Below, in pieces: positions 54,829-64,000 of a DNA stretch of 64,000 bases (the first letter of the stretch is position 1; each line of letters starts with the position of its first letter). A model generated the notes under the pieces. That model made no database searches. It saw only the letters and a list, made by a program, of their open reading frames with translations, and was not told the DNA's origin. Origin of the DNA: Styela clava (taxonomy: Eukaryota); contig NC_135263.1 in the NCBI RefSeq assembly GCF_964204865.1, positions 2,418,001-2,482,000 on the forward strand. The letters run 5' to 3'. A program made the translations under genes and the position numbers.

Positions 54829-55131
54829 CAGTGGTTCTCAAACAGCGAGGCGCTCCCCACAATGGGGCGTAGACTATTTTGAGGGGGCGTGAAGCTAGTT
54901 AAAATAAAAAATAATGGTTAGATTTCATCTTGTCCGCCTAATTTTGGATATTTACATTTCTTTATTCTTTAGAGATTGCAGAGAGCTGTTGTGCTTGTAT
55001 CTTCACTATTCTTAGCGTGGAGCTTTACTATCTGTTATTTGTACATTATTGTTAGCCTATTTTTGAGGTGGGTCGCGCGATGTGAGAAATTGTAAAAAGG
55101 GGACGCGGCTTTAAAAGTTTGATAACCACTG
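54829..55131. mobile_element. MITE family 1 copy
   Basis: TSD cgttagtg / tgttagtg. Confidence 0.82.
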
Positions 55132-55176
55132 TGTTAGTGAGAAGCAAGACCAGTGCAAAAACATAGAACATTAAGG

Positions 55177-55410
55177 GGCGCTCCCCTAGTATGTGCACCA
55201 AGATGGCGGACACCGGAACGTAGTATGTGTACCAGGTTAGGGTTAGGACATAATTTTATTCCGATTTCCTTATTTTAGTTCTATTATAAGTTTAGGGACT
55301 AGCCAAGTGACTCCTGTAGTATTTGGACCTGGAATCATGGCCTAACCCTAATCTGGTACACATGCTACGTTCCGGTGTCCGCCATCTTGGTTTCCATACT
55401 ACAGGAGTAC
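55177..55410. mobile_element. Foldback MITE family 2
   Basis: About 70-bp near-perfect inverted arms; TSD not clear. Confidence 0.8.
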
Positions 55411-55886
55411 CGAATAATGAATGGTTGAATCGATAGCACTATTCAATATTGAAATACTAACCAGCGCTGGATTGGTCGGGAATAGGATTTGCTTTACATT
55501 CTTGAGGCTGTGATTCGTCGCGTTCTCTCGTAATTGAGGCTGAAATAAATAATTGCACTCAGTTTGATTTCATTTTACACTATAGGGCATAGGCCATGGT
55601 TTCTTTAAATTGGCCCTTTGTTGGCTTTTCAATATTAAACTTAGCGAGTAAAAAAGCTGATGGAATCTGTTAAAAACAAAACTAGGTATTATTATTTTAA
55701 AGAACGGGGGCCCCAAGGAGTGTTGAGAGTTTCGTCAAATATGACTTCGATCCGGGTTCCCGGAAATATGAAACAAACGACTCCGACTTGAAAATCATGT
55801 AACAAAGACTTCAAACGCCAACTGCACGACTTTTAAAATTGTTAAGTTAATCGAAATTAACTTACTTTCACACACAAATTGCTTAC

Positions 55887-55949
55887 CAGAACAGGAAGCT
55901 TCTTGCTGCCTATTTCGTCCAAATATGCCTTTCTTTGATCGCTTTTTAT
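55887..55949 (-). CDS. Gene 1 tail exon (basic)
   Basis: ttattaag| (D)KKRSKKGIFGRNRQQEASCS+G |GTAAGC; 63 nt, phase 1-1; the AAG acceptor is weaker than usual. Confidence 0.5.
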
Positions 55950-56520
55950 CTTAATAAAAGAATAGTTAAAGCGAGGATTATAAATACGTTGGCATAACTG
56001 ACTAAAGGGAAAAGATCACGAAAAGGGGAGATCCTCGATTCTTCAAAAATAGCACTTTCAAATGTACTAGTGACTGTTTGTAGATAGCCCTAATTGCGGT
56101 TGAATGAGTAAAACACCCCGCAATATACCTATATCTAATGAAAATCGCAGTCAGTTTAGGTCCGAATGCTGAATTTTGAACAAGATTTTGAACAACGTTC
56201 AAATATATGAGCACGAAAGCCAATTGACTAATGCACCCGCAGCAAAATGTTGGTCAAAAGTCATAGGGAAGTGTGCCCATGATTTAAAAAAAAACCGGAA
56301 TTAATTTGAGTTGAAATATCGGACTCCGACTATAAAATAAATAACTTTTCAGGAATTTCGTTCGTATTCAAGTACTAGAAGTTTAATAAAGATTGATCCA
56401 ATGAAGCGTTTTTTCTATGCTTCAACAACAATAACGATTTGGTAAAAATGGTCCATTTCGTGCCCAATAAGCGCCGACCATTTTGCAAGGGCTTAAATGC
56501 ATTTGAACTTCTTTACTAAC

Positions 56521-56602
56521 CAAATAAAGTCTGTGATTCAATTTGCTTCGTGATGTCTTCAAGTTCCTTGTCTTCTATCTTTGGCTTCTTAGCGTTTGAA
56601 GT
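56521..56602 (-). CDS. Gene 1 exon F
   Basis: ttccag| TSNAKKPKIEDKELEDITKQIESQTLF+G |GTTAGT; phase 0-1. Confidence 0.8.
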
Positions 56603-57442
56603 CTGGAATAATTTAAGGATTTTTTGAAAACCGTGTATGACAAATTGCCTCTAATTTGGAAACTTGAAAATAAAGTAATTGTGCCTCTGATATTCAGCGA
56701 TATATTAAAAGATACTATATTTTTTTCCCTACTCGCGCCTTCCACATTGAACGAGAAGGCCCTGTATAAGAAACCATTGGTATTTAAAGTTATGTAAGTA
56801 ACTGTTGTTTTTGAATAAACCAGAAACTTTTCGGTTCGTCATTGATTACCCAAGAAAATTGAACTAGATATTTACCCTACGATGCCATGATAGTTAGGCA
56901 TAATGCTTCAAATCCCATGGGGGTATAATTATGTATGTGAAATAGTACTGCTGGGCTAGTCGCGTCGAAGGGTCGGTTATGGCTTTTTCCGCCATCAAGT
57001 ACATGCATCTGAAACGAATAATTGGTCAAATATTACCATGGACTAGTAACCGGACGAGCGGCTGTTGTTCGCTATATGATTAAGTCCTCTCATCGGCCTT
57101 TTGAAACTAGTCTCAAATTTTTTCTGCAATATTTCACCAGCTGCCCTACTCATTACGACACAGAACAGATAGTATGACAGTCTCATCAACTTTCCTTTCC
57201 CTCGAAAGAATCAAAATTTTAAACCTATCCTAAGGCCTCATCGTTAACCCTTTTTGAACTCGTGGTTGTATATTTCATATCGGGCTTAGGGTGGTGGGAC
57301 TGGACTCTCTGAAAGCCACGGGCAAAATTCTTAACGATTCGTGCTATTGTGATGACCGCGTTAATTCAAAGTACATTGTTATTTGTTTGTTTAAGAATTT
57401 ATTGTTTTGCTTTTGTTTGTTGACTTACTGATTTATACTTAC

Positions 57443-57583
57443 AGAAGCTGTAGTTATTTTGTTTCTTTTCTTCCCTGATTTCAGAATCTGGTACGCCGCG
57501 CGACCGGTGCGAACGAGAGATACGACAGTTCTTTCTCTCCTATTCGTCGTTCGATTGAAAATCCATCTGATATCATCGAAAAA
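57443..57583 (-). CDS. Gene 1 exon E
   Basis: ttttag| FFDDIRWIFNRTTNRRERTVVSLVRTGRAAYQILKSGKKRNKITTAS |GTAAGT; 141 nt. Confidence 0.83.
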
Positions 57584-58173
57584 CTAAAATAAAAGGATTA
57601 CATAATAGTAGTTTTATATTAATCGCTAGAGGCTGAATAGCCTATAAAACAGTCTGATTATACATTTGACGAGCCATTGCCTCTCGTCCGGTTACCAGTC
57701 CATGTTGGGTGTGAGAAGAGTTCACCCGTTTCACAGGGCCTCTTCCTCATGTAAATTTTTCCGTCACTCTATCTATACGTTTCGGATGCATGAACATCCG
57801 ATTCCCCTATCGGGGCGTTAGGTGTCTTTCCTTCAAAATAAATGAAAATCACTTCTTCACTACGACACGATCTTTATAAGCAGATACCGGTATACGAGGA
57901 GATACTACTTTAAGAATGCTCATAAACTTACTGGCTCAACATCCCCTAACTAATAAACAATCAAAAACGGTCATAAAAGCAATAATAACATATTTGGGTT
58001 CAACGCTCGAAACCAGGAGTGTGCGACATTTTTTATGCACCGAGCAAAATCGCGAAGGATTTAGCGCCGCGACAAGAGCAAAAATCATTAAATATTTTAT
58101 CCATGTGAGCGGGCCGCGGGCCGTCTTTTGCACACCCCTGCTTCAAACTAAACACAAGGTTACCAAAACGTAC

Positions 58174-58263
58174 CTCAAAGTTTCTCCTATTGACCTTGGC
58201 GATGTCCTTTTCTCCAATATATTCAACGAAGGGAAACCATTCAATTTTCAGTTTCTTGCTCAA
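58174..58263 (-). CDS. Gene 1 exon D
   Basis: ttctag| LSKKLKIEWFPFVEYIGEKDIAKVNRRNFE |GTACGT; 90 nt, phase 0-0. Confidence 0.82.
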
Positions 58264-58295
58264 CTAGAAAGTGTATAGCCAATATAATAATTATA

Positions 58296-58498
58296 CAGGG
58301 TGTCCATAAAGTTTTAAAATTGCAAAGGGAATTTATCGATACCATATCAGACCATTTGATTTGGCCCTCACTGATGTATTATGTGAAGTAAAAGTACTTG
58401 AACAATTACTGACTAAAAACAACAAACCTGGATAAGACATATTGAGAACTGACTTCATAACAAATTTGAAATTGTAAAGGGACTTTATGAACACCCTG
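58296..58498. mobile_element. Tc1/mariner-type MITE
   Basis: TA|CAGGGTGT.CATAAAGT...ACTTTATG.ACACCCTG|TA. Confidence 0.82.
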
Positions 58499-58823
58499 TA
58501 CTTTATAAAAGTAAACAAAAACAACATAAAAATAAAATTTTTTAAGTATAAATATTATTGCTCTCTAGGACAATAGCACTAAAATTTATTTGTCTTATTT
58601 GAGAATAATTGTTTGATTGGCTATTATAATTATCATCACTATTTTTTTCATTTAGCCCGATATTGCCACTCCATTTTGCTGGTTTTTTTTTAATTCACAT
58701 TGGCGCTAAGAATACGAGAACACATTTTTTCTGTCACACTTGTCTGTCGATATTTTCAGCGAACCTGACGCTCAGCTAGGCAGCTAAGCCTATACTGTTA
58801 CCATGGCGCATAAAATTGGACTG

Positions 58824-59114
58824 CGGTGGTTCTCAAATAGTGGGGCGCGTCCCACAAAGGGGGCGTAAAGAATTCTTTGAGGGGGCGTGAAACTCATTGA
58901 AAATAAAAATATTTGTTAGATTTATTTTTGCCCGCTTTATTTTCGATCATTACGTTTCATCAATGTATTTTTAACATGTATTTTGAATAAAACTTAGTTT
59001 CACCTTAATATTTGTTATTTGTAGGTTTTTGTCAGCTAGTCATTTTCAAGGCGGGGCGCGATATTTGACAAATTCTAAAAATGTGGCGCGGCTTGAAAAG
59101 TATGAGAACCACTG
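58824..59114. mobile_element. MITE family 1 copy
   Basis: Ends and interior match the other copies. Confidence 0.78.
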
Positions 59115-59154
59115 TATAAAAGAGCATTGGTTTTTTGTATAAATTGTTACGTAC

Positions 59155-59343
59155 AAAGCTTCTACTGGACTTTTCAGCTTTCGCAAGTTCATCTTTTTCT
59201 TTTGTCGTCAAAGATGAATAGCATAATCCTTTGCAATTCGACAAATTAAGAAATTTGTTGATCCTTCCCTTTTGTAAAAGCTCCTTTAGCAGTTCGATTG
59301 ATTTTTCGTTCAATGTACTGCCGTTGAGGTTCAAGATCTTCAT
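59155..59343 (-). CDS. Gene 1 exon C (LRR)
   Basis: tttttag| MKILNLNGSTLN...GRINKFLNLSNCKGLC...SSRSF |GTACGT; 189 nt. Confidence 0.88.
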
Positions 59344-60134
59344 CTAAAAACAAAATTTCGGTGGTTAAGTGGTTGCCAGTGTTCAAGTTGCCGTGTTCGA
59401 GTAATCAGAGGCCTTCCATGGTCATGTTTTTCGAAGTAATTTTGGGTGGAAATCTCTATATTTAAAGTAGCGAGTCAATTCGAGTCACAGGTCATCATAT
59501 TAGACAAGGGCCATAAAACCTCGCTATTTTGTTTCTAAATCACTGATATTCGTTGTAGATAACGAAAAATGTTATTTTAATATGATACAAATTAAGGGGA
59601 AATTGCGGTAGGGCCATAATGCCGCATTTCGTCCACGGGGTAATCGCGAATTGAATACTGATTGCTTGATTTGGTATATGTTTTAAAGCCGCCATTTTGA
59701 TTTCTATGTATAAAACTACAATTATTTCGCACAAATAATTTTGCACTAAAACAAATTTTACCGACAGAGAGCGAAAATCACAAAATTTGTCGAATAAATG
59801 CGAAAAATAACAAAGAAATAGGCTTTTAGGGACATTTCCATAAGCTAACTATGGAGAGATAGCCATTAAATAGACAGCGAGCCGCCATTTTTTTTATTCA
59901 AGTTAAAATCCTCGAGGCTGATTCTGGCGAGGATCGAAAGTTATGAGACCAAAATTTGGGGAACTATGAAAAATATAGCGCGTTTTTGTAGACATCTCCA
60001 TGTACGGTGGGGTAGATTTTTTAAAGCAGTTTTTTTTTGTAATATTTAAGTTGTAAGCACTCACGCAGAAGTAAGGAAAACAAATTATGGCAATGCAATA
60101 CGTACCAATAAATGGCACAACACGGAAAGATTAA

Positions 60135-60620
60135 AGGAGACACTGAAATGCCAGACGCTACCCAAACTATGTAGAATTATGGCGGCACACTCACTAATAA
60201 ATAAGTTAGTCCAATCCCAAAGCAATTTACAGGAAGCCACTAAACAACCAATAGCTACAGAAACTATATAGAATTATGGTAGTTCACTCAATCATAAGTA
60301 AATCAGTCTAATCTCTGCCAAAGTTACAAGGGGCCACTGGTATGCCAATGGCTACTGAAACTATATAAAAATATGGTGATGAACTCACTCATAAGATAAG
60401 GAGATTCATCTCTGAAAAGATTACAGGGGACACTGAAAGGCCAGAAGATACCCAAACTATATAAAATCATGGCGTCGCACTTACTCATAAATAAATAGTC
60501 CCATCCTTAAGGAATTTACAGAAAGCCACTAAATAGTCAATTGCTACAGAAACTATATAGAATTATGGTAATTTACTCAATCATAAGTAAATTGATCTCA
60601 CCTTTGAGCGGGCTTATAAG
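60135..60620. repeat. Degenerate minisatellite, ~96-bp unit, about 5 copies; more units at about 61140-61390
   Basis: aaactatatagaattatgg recurs near 60163, 60261, 60358, 60454 and 60549. Confidence 0.8.
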
Positions 60621-61550
60621 AAAACACTGATACTAGTACTGATACTAGTAATTAAGGTGACTGCTGTATATAATTTAATCATTCATTTTACAATTGTTCA
60701 GCTTATTTCAGTGTTATGTCATCAAGAAGTCACGGTTAGCGAAACATGTCTAATGCACAAATTGCAACTCACTCCTATTTGACTGAACCATACAGATGTA
60801 TCGTTTTTATTGAAAAATATATTTGCTTGAATTACATCCGTTTCCAGTTTTGGACGAAGCCGACATGCTTACAATAGCCTTCTATATTAGAACGCCTTGG
60901 TTTTCGGTAAATCACGGGACAACCGTAGCCCAGCCCGGGACACGGGACGCTAGACGTCAATTACGGGACTGTACTGGCCATTTCGGAACGGTTGGTAGCC
61001 CTACCTCTACCGCACCCGACGAAATGGTTAGCAATGTTATCGAACCGTCTTGTCGGTCATATTTCCCCCGTTGGTGAATATGACAACCCATTTCCCTTTT
61101 TTTCGGAAGTTAAATTTTTAAAAGTTACGTGCTCCATCTCGTATATAGAATTAAGGTAGTTCACTCAGTCCTGAGTAAATCAGTCTCATTTCTGAGCAAA
61201 GTTACACTGGAATACCAAGAGATATACTGAAGCTATATATATGAAATTATTGCGGTGCATTAGAATTATGGTAGTGAACTCACTGATAAGTAAAGGAGAT
61301 TCATCTCTTAAAAAAATTACAGGGGGCACTAAAATACCACGGGTTATACTGAAGCTATATGCAATAATCATGACGCATTATGCCTCAATCTCAATCACAC
61401 AATCAAAAAGAAAGCGCCATTATTTTTCCCACAGCAGCGATAATCGAATTTAACATAGGAAAACCATTGGTCCCATTCGTATACTATATCATAAAAAGAA
61501 ATTACCAAATTGACTTTGTTTTCATATATTAGTCTATAAACTCCAGCTAC

Positions 61551-61715
61551 CTGTTTATTGCTTGTTAATATTTCACTGAGAAATCTCTCTGTATTTTCGT
61601 CATTCATTTCGAGCGGAACTTCGACTGAGTTAACGATGCCACAACATATTAGGTTTATCAAAGTAGCAATACATGCTTCATTGTGAGTGTTATGCTGTAT
61701 GTCAAGATGAACATT
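61551..61715 (-). CDS. Gene 1 exon B (LRR)
   Basis: ttccag| NVHLDIQHNTHNEACIATLINLICCGIVNSVEVPLEMNDENTERFLSEILTSNKQ |GTAGCT; 165 nt. Confidence 0.88.
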
Positions 61716-61950
61716 CTGGAAAAAAAGAAAAATTCAAGCTCTGCGACGCTTTCAAAGCCTCTAATCAAGCAACAAGAACTAATACGAAAGTACCCATCTT
61801 TTTTACCAGACTCTTTCCAGTTTGGCATTTAGTACCCGATTTATTTTTCCTACAACATCAATGACGTCTTTCTAACAGTCACTGATATCTAACCATATGG
61901 AAGGATTTTCAAATACCTGAAGATGTCAGTGTCGAATCAAATACATTACT

Positions 61951-63565
61951 ACCATCTTAATACAACCAAACATCCATCTGCATCGTAATACAACCAAATA
62001 TCTCATCCCATCTTAATACAACTAAATATCCCATTTTCATTTTAATACAACCAACGTTGAACGTTATATTATATTATTATAAGATGGGAATTAGTTTTTG
62101 GTTGTATTAAGAGGATAAATTAATTTTTGGTTGTATCAAGATGAGAATAGGAATTTTGGTTGTATTGAGATGGGATAGGTATTTTGTAGTATTACCATGA
62201 GAATTGTGTTTGGTTGTATTAATTGGGAAAGTTATATTTTGTTGTATTAAGATGAGAATAGGATTTTGGTTTTATTAAGATGGAATAGGTGGTTGGTTGT
62301 ATTAAGTTGGGATTGGATGTTTGGTTGTATTAATTGGAAAAGTTATATTTTGTTGTATTAAGATGAGAAAAGGAAATTTGGTTTTATTAAGATGGAATAG
62401 GTGGTTGGTTGTATTAAGATGAGAATTGGATGTTTGGTTGTATTAAGATGGGACAGGTGTTTGGAATAAGTGGTTGGTTGTATTAAGATGTGAATTGGAT
62501 GTTTGGTTGTATTAAGATGAGATGGATTTTTGGTTGTATTAAGATGGGACATATGTTTGGTTGTATTAAGATGTGAATTGGATGTTTGGTTCTATTAAGG
62601 TGGGAAAGTTATATTTCGTTGTCTTAAGATGGCAAATAATTTTTGGTTGTATTAGGATGAGAAAAGGAAATTTGGTTTTAATAAGATAAAATAGGTGGTT
62701 GGTTGTATTAAAATGAGAATTAGGTGTTTGGTTGTATTAAGATGAGGATTGAACGTTTGGTTGTATTAATTGGGAATGTTACATTTGGTTGTATTACGAT
62801 GAGTAATGGATATTTGGGTATATTAAGATGTGCAATGTATGTTTGGGTGTATCAAGATGGGAAACGGATATTTAGTTATATTAAAATGGGAAAGTTGGAT
62901 TTGGTTGTGTTAAGTTGGGACAGGTATTTGCTTGTATTAAGATTATAATTGGATGTTTGGTTGTAATAAGTTGCGAAAGTTGTATTTGGTTGTATTAGGA
63001 TGAGAATTGGTAATTTGGTTGTATTAAGTTGGGAATGATATTTTTGGTTGTATTAAGATGGGAATTGAATAGATGGTTTTATTAAAATGAGAATTGGTTC
63101 TATTAATACAACCAAATACAACATTCCCAATCTATACCATTCCCATCTTAATACAATCAAATATTTAATTTCCATCTTAATACAACCAAATATCCTATCT
63201 TATCTCAGTACGACCAATTATCCAATTCCCATCTTAATACAACCCAATATCCAATTTTCATCTCAATATAACCAAATACTATATTCGCATCTCAATACAA
63301 CGAAATATCCTTTCCCAACTTGATACAGCCAAATATCCAATTCTCCTATCTCATCTCCGGAACAACCAAACACAACATTTCCACTTAATACAACCAAACA
63401 TATCATTCGCTTCTTAATACAACCAAATATGATTTTCTCATCTTAATACAACCAAAAACCTTGTCCCATCTTAATACAATCAAATATCTAATTTCCATCT
63501 CAATACAACTAAACATCCCATTCTCCCTATTCAAATACACTATTCCCATCTTAATACAACCAAAC
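61951..63565. repeat. Satellite of ~24-bp units (core CATCTTAATACAACCAAA) in three blocks of alternating orientation
   Basis: Forward about 61951-62055, reverse about 62080-63097, forward about 63101-63565. Confidence 0.93.
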
Positions 63566-63697
63566 TGTACTTCCCTATCAGTGAATCCACCCAAATTCGA
63601 GGATTCTAGCGTATGAACCGGGAAACACAAGAACGACTATCGTATTTCCAACGTCTAACACAATAGGCCAACTGGAAGGAATCAAAGTCATACTTAC

Positions 63698-63964
63698 TTT
63701 CAAGCTAGTATTCTTCTGTATTACTCCAAGAACTTTTGATAGCAAACGTGCATCTTTGAAACATTCTTTTAATTCAATTTTCTCGAGTTTTGAATATTCC
63801 AACACTTCCAAAAGTTTTTCAAAAGACTCCTGAGGTACAGAGCTCAAAGATAGTTCTCTTCCACACTTATGTGGTGCAATAGAATGAAGAGTCTGTATAT
63901 TGTACACGTTTCTCGCCTTGCTGTCTCGCTGGGCATATCTTGATTGTATTTCATTGAACGCCAT
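63698..63964 (-). CDS. Gene 1 exon A (start; LRR N-cap and first repeats)
   Basis: aaaATGg with upstream in-frame TAA; MAFNEIQSRY...KCGRELSLSSVP...SKLEKIELKECF...IQKNTSLK |GTAAGT; 267 nt. Confidence 0.87.
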
Positions 63965-64000
63965 TTTGCTATGAGCGCTACCGCGAGTTTATATTAGTTT

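Noticed and set aside
55235-55352. Interstitial telomere
   Set aside because: Only about two TTAGGG units, lying inside MITE arms
56521-56560. Leucine-rich nuclear export signal in exon F
   Set aside because: Both paralogues have Gln at the third hydrophobic position, so it is noted only as a conserved helix
61951-63565. CRISPR-like repeat/spacer array
   Set aside because: The variable parts are only about 6-10 bp and related to each other, the repeats are degenerate, there are no cas genes, and the context is a eukaryotic intron
62358-63630. Repetitive-peptide ORFs
   Set aside because: They are translations of the satellite
1-64000. rRNA, tRNA or intact transposase genes
   Set aside because: None recognised by eye; SINE-like fragments near 35400-35570 and 56900-57100 are too decayed to call as tRNA

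Overview
This is AT-rich, intron- and MITE-dense animal genomic DNA. It is not prokaryotic, and its repeat landscape resembles an ascidian or other marine invertebrate (inference only). Most ORFs in the supplied track are noise. Reading GT/AG boundaries on the minus strand shows a tandem array of three paralogous, unnamed multi-exon genes. Gene 1 spans 63964-48357 (16 coding exons, 560 aa model). Gene 2 spans 35866-21459 (9 coding exons, 502 aa model). Only the first coding exon of gene 3 (789-523) is inside the window. Genes 1 and 2 share six orthologous exons (A-F): a degenerate ribonuclease-inhibitor/NLR-type leucine-rich-repeat domain with no NACHT, a helical linker, and a bipartite NLS. 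They then diverge into unrelated low-complexity tails built largely from symmetric phase-1 exons that are being duplicated. Gene 1 ends in an FFAT-like motif and gene 2 carries a DSGxxS degron-like motif. The rest of the window is non-autonomous DNA transposons (hAT/Buster, Merlin-like, Tc1/mariner, Helentron-type, a piggyBac-like relic), a three-level nested insertion, local segmental duplications and an inverted ~24-bp satellite. All gene models were assembled by eye and need RNA evidence.
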